This document shows positions 10,079 through 21,900 of a DNA stretch of 28,798 nucleotides, piece by piece. Source of the stretch: Fonticula alba ATCC 38817 (taxonomy: Eukaryota > Protista > Nucleariida); assembly GCA_000388065.2 (NCBI GenBank), contig KB932216.1; one strand, 5' to 3'. The notes below the pieces were generated by a model. The model searched no databases. It was not told the DNA's origin and saw nothing but the letters and a program-made list of their open reading frames with translations. Both the position numbers and the translations under genes were made by a program. Each line of letters opens with the position of its first letter. Position 1 is the stretch's first letter.

Positions 10079-10528
10079 NNNNNNNNNNNNNNNNNNNNNN
10101 NNNNNNNNNNNNNNNNNNNNNNNNNNNNNNNNNNNNNNNNNNNNNNNNNNNNNNNNNNNNNNNNNNNNNNNNNNNNNNNNNNNNNNNNNNNNNNNNNNNN
10201 NNNNNNNNNNNNNNNNNNNNNNNNNNNNNNNNNNNNNNNNNNNNNNNNNNNNNNNNNNNNNNNNNNNNNNNNNNNNNNNNNNNNNNNNNNNNNNNNNNNN
10301 NNNNNNNNNNNNNNNNNNNNNNNNNNNNNNNNNNNNNNNNNNNNNNNNNNNNNNNNNNNNNNNNNNNNNNNNNNNNNNNNNNNNNNNNNNNNNNNNNNNN
10401 NNNNNNNNNNNNNNNNNNNNNNNNNNNNNNNNNNNNNNNNNNNNNNNNNNNNNNNNNNNNNNNNNNNNNNNNNNNNNNNNNNNNNNNNNNNNNNNNNNNN
10501 NNNNNNNNNNNNNNNNNNNNNNNNNNNN
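10079..10528. other. Assembly gap (N) flanked by poly-G
   Basis: Run of N with G-runs on both sides (poly-G 10529-10581). Confidence 0.99.
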
Positions 10529-10584
<56 letters not shown>

Positions 10585-10636
10585 ATGGCTGAGGTGTGGC
10601 TGGGCCTCTGCGGGGAGCGGTCGCCCTGTCGCCGGC

Positions 10637-10643
10637 TTTTATA
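10637..10643 (-). promoter_or_regulatory. Candidate TATA box (TATAAAA) for the secreted Cys-rich gene
   Basis: Plus TTTTATA = minus TATAAAA, a rare AT-rich motif in this GC-rich window, correctly oriented upstream of the ATG at 10036. True distance is uncertain because of the gap. Confidence 0.5.
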
Positions 10644-10800
10644 GTGTGTAAGTGTTTGTGTATCTGTGTATGTATTGGTGTATTAATGTGTGTGCGTGCA
10701 TGTGTCTGTTTGTGCATGGGTGCGTGTGTCTGTTTGTGCATGCGCGTGTCTGTGCCTGCACCCGCCTGCATGCGCCTGCGTACGCGCGCGTGCCTGGGTG
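10644..10800. repeat. Imperfect (GT)n-rich tract
   Basis: Degenerate GT/GC dinucleotide run immediately upstream of the candidate TATA box. Confidence 0.75.
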
Positions 10801-13800
10801 CGTGGTACCACTTCCTTGGGAATGTGGCCTGTTGTTCCGGCAACCAGGGCGGGCGGCACCCTCCGGGACGGCATGTTCAGCTGCCCTGTCGGCGAACAGG
10901 GTGCCAGCAGGGCAAAGAACGAGCATCCCCTCGGCCCTTCGGAAAACTCGACCGAGGAAGGGCGGCTCGCCAGGGGCACACGAACGGAGGCAGCTGAAGA
11001 TCGGTCCGCGGCCCGGGGAGGACGGCCATCGATCGGGGACGCCGGCCAGCCGGCAACAGGCCCCGGCCACCCGGGGAGGCGGGGGCCGAGCGTCAGGGCA
11101 CCGGCACACCACACCGGCCCGGGGGGCGGGCAGCCGGACCCACGGACGCCGGCCAGAGGGACGCTCGGTCGGTCGGTCGTGCCAGGGGGGGGGGGGCGAG
11201 GGGGCCGGGCGCGGGGGGACCATCGACGCGCGTTGGGCCGCAAAAAAGCCGGCCATGGCGAGAATGGGTTCCCGGAATGCGGGCCGAGTTATGGGGGCCG
11301 CGAGCGCTGGCATGTACAAGGCTGTCCTGGTCTCGGGGATGTTGGCGCCCGCGGATGACGGCCGTGAATTCCACCCCCCCGCCCCGGCCCTATATTTCCC
11401 CCCCCCCCCCCCCCCCCCAGGTGCGGGACATTCCCCGGGTGCGGGCGCCAGGGCGCTGGCGGGGCATTTCCGGCCTGCGTGTCCGGGCGCGAACGCGCGC
11501 CGCCCTGGGCAGCCGGCCGGTCGACATGCTTTAGTTGCATAGGCGGGGGCGCCGGCACCCCTCACCAGGCCTGGGATGGCCCCGGCCCGGATCGGGGTGG
11601 TGCCGCGGCGACTGGTCCTGCCACCTGGGGCCGCCTCCCCCCGCTGGTTCTCTCGCACTCTCTCTCTCTCTCTCTCTCTCTCGCTCGCTCGCGGGGACGG
11701 CCTCGAGCGAAAGTACCCCACCGCTGAGGACGCTCGGTGGGGCCGCGCGCTCCCTCCCCCCCGGGAGAGGATCGCGTGGCGCAGGCCCAGATGCGGGGCC
11801 AGGCCCGGGTGTTGCTGCTGCTGCTGCTGCTGTGGCCACACGGTCCATCATGCCGCGTCACAGCCCCCCCCCCCCCTCCCCGTCAGCTGCCGGGGCCCAG
11901 TCCGCCGAGGCAGGAGCGACAATCCGGCGGGCGGGCGGGCGACTCGCGTGCCCGGCCGCCGCAGCGCCGTGCCCCAGCTGTTCTGTCGGTGCCCCCGCTG
12001 GCGCGGGCGCGTGGTCTCGTGCGGGTCTTCCCACCCCGGTCTGCGGTCGGGGCTTCTCCGGCCCCTGGCCCCGGGTCGCGAGGGCAAGCGCCGTGCGCGA
12101 TCGCGCCGTGAGAATATTTCCCGATCCATGTGCCCAAACATGGGCCTCCCGGGGGTGCATTCTCGCTCCCGGCGTGATGAGGCGCCCGTCCATGGCACAT
12201 GGCCCTCACATGACTGGGGATCGCCGGCCCCGCTTCCCCCCCTCCCCCTTTGGTGCGGTAGGCCGAGGGGCCGGGGGAGGCGTGGCGGGCTGGTGTTTCC
12301 ATCGGGCGCGCCCCCCGCCGGCATCGGCCTGGGGTTCGTCTGCTTCCACAGGCAGCCGATGGGGCGGCCCCCGGCGCGGGGACTCATCCTGCCGGGGTGC
12401 GCTGCCTCTGCTCATGCGCACCCCGGTCGTGGTCCCTGCTTGCCGGGCCCAGCGCGAGAGGGCAGTCGCCCCGGCAAGGCCACCTCCCGTACCGGGGGGC
12501 GGTGCTGGATCAGACGTACATGACCGAGGGACCCAGGTGGGTCAATCCACACACGCACCAAAAAAAAAAAGAAGCAACAACAGGATCTCGACCAAACCCA
12601 CCAGCATGCATGCTGTGTGCCGGACCACACACACCCACAAGGCCAGGCGCCCCAGGGCATGCGTGTGCAGGGGGGGGGGGGGGGAGGGGGGCCGGTGTGC
12701 CCAGAAGGAGGCGGCGGCCTCCCCGCGCCCGGCCCACCCCCCTTTGACGGCCACACGCCGTGTGCCGGCCACACGCCAACCCCCCGCCGGTGTGTGGCCG
12801 TACGCGCCAGCGCGTGTCCTCCCTCCTCCCTTCGCGATTGCGGGCGTCACGCACATGTCGGCCTGTGCTGGTGGGGGCACCTGCCTGCGGCGTCTGGCGC
12901 AATCGCCTTCGCGAGGTCGCCGGGCGAGGCCGCCCCTCGGGGCCCGAGTGCCATGCTCGGCCGCCGGTCTCCCGCGTGGCACAGCACCCCCGGCAGCCGG
13001 ATGCCCCGCCGCGCGCCCCTGGGGCCGGGCCCCGGTGCTCTTTGGAGCCCCGCCGAAAGGCCCACTCGGCGGGTGTACTGTCCTTGTCGGCCATTCCCCC
13101 CGGCGGCCGAATTGCCCCACATCGGGCGTCGGGCCTGCTGGCTCGTGGCCTCGGGGGCCTGGGCCGCTCTCCCGGGATGTGTCCCACGCCCGGCGGGAGC
13201 CTGTGCGATGGCGCGTGCCATGCATGCGGGCCAGCAGGGGCCGCCCTCCGGGCCGCTGGGTGGCCATGTCGCGGCACGCTCCCAGGGGGGCGCATGGCGG
13301 GGATCGGCCCGATCTAGCGGGCCGCCTCACCCGCCATCTCGGGCGCTGGCCCTGGCGCCGGTCGGCCGGTCGGCTGAGGAGGCCGGCACGCGCCGGCCAC
13401 CGAGGTGCCCAGTGGTTTTGTCAACCAGGCCAGTGTACTGAGCCTGGCCATTATGGCGGCGCTGTGCTGGCGAGGCGTGGCCATGGTCATCGCCGCGCGC
13501 CGGGTGCAGCCAGGCCCCCTGTTCAAAAAGTCGCCCGGGGGAGCCATCCCCCGTCGGGCCTTGGTCAAGCTCGCAGAAGCGCCAGGCCCTCTCTCTCTCT
13601 CTCTCTCTCGGCATCTCTACATCGCTTCCGGTGTTGGCATGTGGCGTGGGGTCCTGTCGGCAGCGGTGCCCAGGTCCTGGACTCCGTGCGGGGGCCGCGG
13701 CGCCAGGGCATGGCCACACGACACCGGGGCGTGTGGCCATGCCAGCTGTGGGAGGCAGCTTGTCGCGGGTGTCCGGCCGTGGTGGGCCTTCGCCGGCCCG

Positions 13801-15911
13801 GGCCACCTGTCTGCCGGAGTGGCGAGCCTCCATGAGGGATCCCGGCCGCGGCCACCCTCGCCAAAAGGAGGGGAGAACCGAGCAGGCGAAAGCGGCGCCC
13901 GTTGCCGGGTGTCCGACCGCCCGGTCCCCGGCGGGCATGTGGCCGACACGATGGGCTCCGGCGCCCGGGTGCGGGGCGGCGCCCCCCCCCCCCCCCCCTG
14001 CACACGGCCCAAGTCCCCTGGCAGCGGGCGACACGCGGCCGCAAGTGGCCCGGACAGTGCGCCCATGGGTGCCCGATCGAGCCGAAGAGCCGCATCGAGG
14101 GCGGAACCTCAGCGTGGGCGCCGCCACGGCCTGTGCGGGCCATCCGCTGTGGCTGTTGGCGGCGGGGTCCGTGTCGCGGTTGTCCGTTGATTGGGCCACA
14201 CGCAAGAAAGGGGCTCCCCCACCGGGGACGAGGGGCCGGTGCTTGCCGGGGCCATGATGGCCCACCGCGCGGGCAGGAGGGGCGCGAGCTGGCCAGGGCA
14301 TGGCGCACACCGGGGGGGCAAGGAGACTGCGGCGTGTCGCGGCCCCGACCGGTGTCGCGGCTGGGCGTGTTCAGGGAGCCGGGCCGGCGGAAAGGCCATC
14401 AATGAGTCCACTCCGCCAAACGGGAGGATCGTGCATGCCGAGCAGCCCCTCAATGCCATCGCGCACGCGCCCGGCCCCGAGGCATGTATGCGCGCGGCCG
14501 TGTATGTGCAAGGGCAGCGACAGGCAGCACCGAGGCAGCGTCTCGCCTCTCGCCGCTGCCTCGGCGGGCCGGGACGCCTGCCGGTGGTTGGCCCTCCCCC
14601 GGGGACGCGTGCCACTGCTGCCCAGGCCCCGGTCCGTGGCGAGGGGTGGGCCCTCGCTGCCTGCGGCACATGGTCGCTGGGGCGGCGTGGTCGCGCGGGA
14701 TGCGCAACAGGCCCGAAGTGGCCCGGCTGCCGGCCACATGTCCGTCGCATCTCCACGCCGGGGAAGGTCGGCCGATGGGAGTTGGGGCCCCCGGCCGGAG
14801 GGGACATGGCTGCTTGAGGGGTGGCCGGGTTCCGGATGGCACAGGGGGTGCCTCTTTTTTTTGCACTGCCCGCCGCACCGCTCGCCGGCCCGCATGGCAG
14901 CGGCGGTGGGTTTTTCCTTCTTCCGGCAGCCCAAGCCACGAGCCACCGGCGAAAGGGGGCCCATGCGGCGATGGGGCTGGGCCGTTGCCGGGAACCGGTG
15001 GCCGTTGTAGCGCGTGTTTTTCCGTGTTCGCGGGGGCGTTCTCCCCCCCGGCGCCATGGAGGGCCTGGAGGTAGCCGCCGGTCGTGCTGGCCTGCCGGGC
15101 GGCCCGGGCTCGGTGTTTGGGCGCTGCCTGGCCGGGGAGACATCCCCCTTCCCTGACGGAGCGGAGGCATGCTCATGGCGAGGGTGGCGGATGCCATGGG
15201 GCGGGTGTTGTCGCCGTGTGCGCGCGGCCTGCCCAGAGACTCGGCAAGATGCGCCGCGATGCCCGGTTATGCTGTGTCTTGCCAAATGCCGAAGCAACCG
15301 GCTTGGCCGGGCCTTCCCGCGGCAAGGGGGCCCGGACCGGCGCCCGGGGCCCGGACCCCCTCGGGCGCGGCCCGTCGGGGTGCCCCCAGCGCCCGCTGCT
15401 CCGCCTGCCTCGCCTGTGCACCGGCGGGCGGCGCATGGATGGGCGTGCGCGGGCAAGCCCGAAGCAGGCCAGGCCGCTTGCGGGGGATCCCCACCTCGCC
15501 GGCGCCCCGGGCGCATGTCCGGGCCCGGGCGGCCCCGGCGACAGGGGGACCGATGCATGTGGTTGCGCCCGGGCGGGCCGCCCCGCTGGGCCCTGGCTGC
15601 ACGCGATCACCGGCACCCGCACGCGGCCACGCAGGCGTCCGTCAATCGACCGCCTGGCCTTTGTCTCGGACACCGGGAGATGGGGGAGGATGTGTGTATT
15701 GGGGCGGGGCGGTTCGCCCGGCCGGGGGCTTCTTCCCCGGCCGGCGCGCACATCCGGCGCGGGTCTATGGCCACCGGTCGCGGCCGGTGGCATGGTGCCC
15801 CGGGGGAGGCGCCGGGCTGCCGGCCGCTGTTGGGGGTCCGGCCGCGCGGAGGATGGCAAAGGAAAAGAGGCCGAGAGAGGGAGAGAGAGAGACCCCCTGG
15901 GGGGCGGGCCT

Positions 15912-18900
15912 TCACGGCCCGGGCAGCATGACGGCCAGCATGGCGACCGACTGGCGGAGCCGCGACGCCGGAGGCCGGGCCTGCGGGTCGGCCGCCCACA
16001 GGAGCGGCAGAAGGTCGGCCAGGTTCTGCCCCAGGGACTGGCTGGCCCGGGCGATGGGGGCCACGGCCAGCTGGACATCCGGGCGCTGGCCGGCCAGCAC
16101 GCCCTCGGTCACCTGGTCGAAGGCCAGGCCCTCCCAGGGGATGTTGCGGGTGATGCACTCCCACAGCATGATGGCCGCCGAGTAGACATCGGTCGGGAGG
16201 TGGTTCTCGGTGCCGAGGGCGCGCCGGCGATTGAAGGCGCTGATGACCTCCGGGGCGGCATAGCGCGCGGTCAGGGCGCTGAGCTCCGGGGCGCTGGTGA
16301 CCAGGGCCGAGGCCCGGTCGGCGGCCAGGCTCCGGCTGGTGCCGAAGTCCCCGAGGGCCGCCCGCCAGGAGGAGGCCGTCTGGCTGACGAAGACGTTGGC
16401 CGGCTTCAGGTCGCAGTGGGCCACGCCATGGGCGTGCATGGCCTCCAGCCCGGCGGCCCATTGCTGGGCAATGTCCAGGAGCATGTGCAGCGGCAGGGCC
16501 AGGTCCGAGTGCAGCAGCGTCGCCAGGTCGCCCTGGAAGCACTCCATGATGATGGCCGGCGGCTGCTCGCTGTAGCCATAGATGCGCACGATGTGCGGCT
16601 GGTCGCGGAGGAGCCTGGCCGGGCCGCGGGGGGCCGGGAAAAAGGCCGGGTTATGGGGTTGTGGTTAGGCGGGATCATCGCGGTCCGTCGGCCGGGGGCG
16701 GGCAAAGGGGGCGTGCGCGGGGGAAGGGGCCAGGCGATGGGGCTCGCACCACATGAGGGCAATCTCATTTTGGAAGAGGGTCACCTGCAGGGGCTTCATC
16801 TTGTCGGCCTTCATCTGCTTGATGGCCACGGTGTCGGGGCAGCCGAGGCGCGCGGAGATCCCGGCGCCGACGGCGCGCGCCGCGAAGACGCTCGCCTGGC
16901 CGCCGGTGCCGAGGGGCCCATCGATGGGGGCGAAGTCGGCCGCCATGTCCACATGGATGGCGCCCGGCAGCGAGAGCTCTGCCATGGGGGGCCGGTGTCA
17001 GATACGGGCGTGCGGGGATGCGGGGGCCTGCTCGGCATGTATATATATATATATGTGTGTGTGTGCGTGCGTGTGCGTGTGGACGTACCGAGCATCGTGT
17101 TCAAGACCGTGAGATCTGGCGCACGGGCGAAAGGGGCGAGTGTCAGCAGGGCGGCGGAGGGCCTTGCGGCATCGGGCGAGTCGGGGCATTGCATGACGTA
17201 CTTTCGGCCGACTCATCCTGCACGCAGGAGGCGAAGGGGCGAGGAGACGAGGGCGCCAGGTCAGTGTGGGGGCGACAGCCACCGGGCGGCAGGGCAAAAG
17301 GGCGGGGCAAAGCGCCGGCCGGCACGGACCAGGTCCTTGGGATGGGGCGAGGCTCGGCGCAGGCGAACCAACAGGAAGAGGGCCAGCGCAAGGAGGAGCA
17401 GCAGCAGGAGCAGGCCGAAGGAAATCCCCAGGCCCAAAGCTGGCGTGTGCGTGCGTGTGTGTGCGTGTGCATGTGTGTGTGCATGTGTGCATGTGTGCAT
17501 GTGTGCATGTGTGCGTGTGTGTGTGTGTGTGTGCNNNNNNNNNNNNNNNNNNNNNNNNNNNNNNNNNNNNNNNNNNNNNNNNNNNNNNNNNNNNNNNNNN
17601 NNNNNNNNNNNNNNNNNNNNNNNNNNNNNNNNNNNNNNNNNNNNNNNNNNNNNNNNNNNNNNNNNNNNNNNNNNNNNNNNNNNNNNNNNNNNNNNNNNNN
17701 NNNNNNNNNNNNNNNNNNNNNNNNNNNNNNNNNNNNNNNNNNNNNNNNNNNNNNNNNNNNNNNNNNNNNGTGTGCGTGTGCGTGTGTGTGTGTGCACGTG
17801 TGTGTGTGTGTGTGTGTGCGTGTGTGTGTGTGTGTGTGCATGTGTGCATGTGTGCATGTGTGCATGTGTGCGTGCGTGTGCGTGTGTACGTGTGCGCGCG
17901 CACGCGCACGCGTCAAGGGCAGCCCCCGAAGGGCGAGCGGGCGTCAGGACAGCAGGAAGGCAGCGGAGGCGGGGCGTGTGCCGCGTGTGTCGCACCTAGG
18001 CGCCGCTTGGCGGGCGAGCGGGCCGGGGCCTCGCAGTCGGAGCGCTCGGGCCCGGAGCAGGCGCCCGTGCACTTTGGGTGGCACGGGGCGCAGGCGGGCG
18101 GCGAGGCCGGCCAATCGTCATAGAACCCGGCCGGGCAGTGCTCGACGCAGGTGCTGCCGAGCAGGCGCAGGAGCCCGGCCGCGCACCGGTCGCACGTGGC
18201 CACCGGGGCACAGGTGAGCCGGCCGTCGGCGGCGAGGTGGCACACCGGCGTGGCCGGCGGCGCGGCGCACCGCTCGCACCCGGCCGGGCAGGCAAGGCAC
18301 AGGCGCTCGGCCGGCACCTGGGCATGGGCCTCGGCCGGGCAGGCGCTGAGGCAGGTGCCGGTGTCGACGCTCAGCCATGCGGCCTGGCCATCGGGGCAGC
18401 CGGTGCACCAGTCGGCCTGGCCGTGGCAGGAGAGGCACCCGGCGTCGCAGCCATGGCACACCGGGTCGTCGGCCGAGCGGACAAACTCCCCGGCCGGGCA
18501 GTGCGCCTCACAGCGCCCGGTGGTCGGGGACAGGAAGTGCCCGGCCCGGCAGGCGGTGCAGTAGACCGCGCAGCCGGACACCTGGTCCAGCTCGATGTCG
18601 CACGATGCGCAGCCGGCCGGGCAGGCCTGGCACTGGCCCCGCGACTGGCAGGCGGCATGGCCCCGGGCGCAGGAGTCCACACAGCGGCCGGCCTCCAGCA
18701 GCAGGGGCTCCGGGCAGGCGGTGCATTGGGACTCGCCCGGGCCGGCGCACAGGACACAGGGCCCGGCGCATGGCCGGCACACTTGGCCACCGGTGGCCGT
18801 GGCCTCGGCAAAGGTCCCCGGCGGGCAGGCGTCCAGGCAGAGCCCCTCCAGGCCCAGGGCCCGTGAGGCCGGGCAGGCGGTGCACTGGTCGGGCCCCGGG

Positions 18901-21900
18901 CCGGAGCATGTGGCGCAGGACACATGGCAGGGCAGGCAGGTGCCCTGGGCGTCGTCGTCGAGGAAGGTGCCGGCCGGGCAGCCGGCATGGCAGGCCCCGG
19001 CCCAGAGGATGGGCGCGGCCGGGCCCCGGCAGGCGGTGCAGTGCCCCGGGCCCGGGCCCTGGCAGCCGGCGCACGAGTCGTGGCAGGGCTGGCACCGGTC
19101 GCCATCGGCCCAGCTGCCGGCCGGGCAGGAGGCCTCACAGCCATGGCCGTGGAGGAAGTACCCGCGGGCGCACTTGGTGCAGTGGGCCGCGCTGTCCGGG
19201 CAGGAGAGGCACCCCGCCGGGCAGGCGGTGCAGCCGGCCGGCGAGGTGTTGAAGCCGGCCGAGCAGCTGGCGACGCAGCGCATGGGCGACACATCGGCCG
19301 GCAGGGGCAGCAGCCCGGCCCGGCAGAAGTCCGTGCAATCGCCGGCCCGGAGCCCGGAGCACGCGCCGCAGGAGATGGCACAGGGCAGGCAGCGCTGCTC
19401 GACGGCCAGATAGCCGGTGGCGCACTCCAGCACGCATGCGCCATCCTGCAGGAAGGTCCCCTCGCAGCGCCAGCAATCCGTGTCCGTGGGCCCGGTGCAC
19501 GCGGCGCATGCCGGGTTGCAGGCGACGCATGCGCCGGACGATGCGTGGCGGAAGTGCCCATCCGGGCAGGGGGACCGGCAGGGCCCGGTGGCGGCCGGCG
19601 TGCCCGGCGACTGGGGCGCATGCTCCAGCCCCGGCAGGCAGGCGGTGCAGGCGTCATCCGCCGGGCCGGTGCAGCTGGCACAGCTGGCGGCGCAGGGCTG
19701 GCACGAGTCGGTCCCCGGGTCGGGCCACGTCCCGGCCGGGCACACCTCCGGACAGGCCCCGGCCCGGGTGAGATACCGGCCCGGCAGGCAGGTCAGGCAG
19801 AGGTCCGCCGTGCAGGAGGCGCAGCCGGCCGGGCAGGCCACGCAGCCGGCCGTCCCCTCCGGGCCGCCGGCCGGAGGCCCCTCCTGCCACCGGTGCGCCG
19901 GGGCACACACCTGGCACCGGTCCGCGGCCCCGTGGCACAGGGCGCAGGCGGTGCTGCAGGCGGCGCAGCGCGTCTGGCCGACATACTGGCCGGCCGGGCA
20001 GGAGGCGCCACACAGCGACGGGACCCCGGCGTCGGCCGACAGGAAGACCAGCCCCGGCTGGCAGGCAAGGCAGCTGACGGCGTCGGAACAGGTGGCGCAG
20101 GTGCCGTGGCAGCCGGCGCAGAGGCCGGTGCCCGGGTCGAAGTGGCCATCGTGGCACACCTGGCACTGGGAGACCCCGGTGCAGGCCTTGCACCGCGGGT
20201 CGCACGGCTGGCACTGGCCGCTGTCCGGGAAGAAGCCCTCCGGGCAGGTGGCCAGGCAGGCGCCCGAGTCCGGCTGCAGGTGGAGCCCCGGGGCGCAGGC
20301 CAGGCAGTGGCCATTGGCCGGGCCGTGGCACGTGCGGCAGGCATCATGGCACAGGGCACAGCCCTGCAGGGCCACATCGCCGTACTGCCCCTCGGGACAG
20401 GCGTCCAGGCAGATGGCCGCCTCCCGGTGCATGAACCGGTCCCGCGGGCAGGCGAGGCAGGTGTGGGCATTGCCCGGGGTCTGGCAGGATGCGCAGGTGT
20501 CGTGGCAGGGCGCGCATGCGCGATGGGTGTCATTGACGGCCATGTCGGCCGGGCAATCGGTGCCGCAGGTCCCGGCATCCGGCGACAGGAGGAGCTGCCC
20601 CCGGCAGGAGGTGCACCGGCCGTCGGGCTGGCAGTCGAGACAGTTGGCCGGGCAGGCGACGCACTGGCCGGTGAGCTGGTCGCCGGCCGGCGGCAGGCCG
20701 TCCTTCCAGCGGAAGCCGACGTCGCACTCGAGGCAGGCGTCCATGCCGCCGGCGCACTGGCCACAGCCGCCGGTGCAGGATGCACACCAGCCGGAGGCCG
20801 GGCGCGACAGGGCCGGCGACCGGCAGCCGGTGCAGGCCGCCGGCCCGGTGCACTCGGTGCACTTGGCCGGGCACGGCTCACAGGTCCCGGTCAGGCCATC
20901 GGGCCAGGTGCCACTGGGGCAGGTCAAGCCGCAGGTGCCATCCGGCTGGAGGAGCCCGGCCCCGGGGCAGGAAAGGCAGTGGCCCGGGCTGGCGGCCAGC
21001 CGGCAGCCGGCGCAGGAGGAGTGGCAGGGCTGGCAGTGGTCGGCCGGCTGCAGGGGGTCGAGGGGCCCGAAGCCCGGCGGGCAGGCGGTGCAAATGTACC
21101 GGTCCGCGTGGGCCGGCAGGTGGCAGGCGGCGCAGTCGGCGTGGCAGGCACAGGCGCCGGTCGGGTCCGGGTACAGGCCGGCCGGGCACCGGTCCAGGCA
21201 TGTGCCGGGATCGGTGGGCAGGAAGGCCGCGCACCGGGGGACCAGGCAGTCCCGGGCCCCGGGGCCGGCGCATGTTTGGCATTCCGCATGGCAGGGCAGG
21301 CACTCCGGGCCGAAGGTCCCCTCGGGACACCCGTCCGGCGCCACGCGGACCAGCATGAAGGTGCCCTTTTGCTGCAGGTGCCCCGACAGGAGGAAGGCCC
21401 CGGCGGCCGGGCGCCCATCGGCCAGGGTCCACTCGCCGACGAGGGCCGTGAAGAGGATGTTATTTTCGCTGAAGGCCATGCCGCCCGGCAGGGGGGACAT
21501 TTGGGCCGGGCCGAAGAAGCAGGACCCCAGCCCGCCGGCCGGACAGTGGAAGGGCGCCACCCCGACCAGGGACTTGGTGGCCACCACCAGCGCATGGGGG
21601 TAGCTCCCGTGGCCGGTCAGCGGCAGGATCCACGCCCCGAGCGGGGTGCTGGGCAGGACCCCGGCCACCGGGGCCAGGAGGTGCTCCGCCGCCAGGGTGA
21701 CCCAGGGCCGGTCCGGGTTTTCGCGCCCGGTCGAGTGGTGGACAAGGGCCCAGTGGACCTGGGACCCGGATTGCAGGAAGCCCGTGTGGAGGATGTCGTG
21801 CTGCAGGACGCGCGAGCCGTCCTGCCGGCGGGGCAGCGACAGGACGCGCCAGGCGTCCGGGTCCGGGGCCCCGGCCAGCGACACCTGGCCCGGGGCCCCC

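Noticed and set aside
10529-10581. Long poly-G as a functional G-quadruplex element
   Set aside because: Abuts an assembly gap; homopolymer length is unreliable and may be a sequencing artefact.
9290-10843. 517-aa ORF spanning the gap as an N-terminally extended secreted protein
   Set aside because: Extension consists of N, poly-C and CA-repeat translation; the ATG at 10036 directly precedes a signal peptide.
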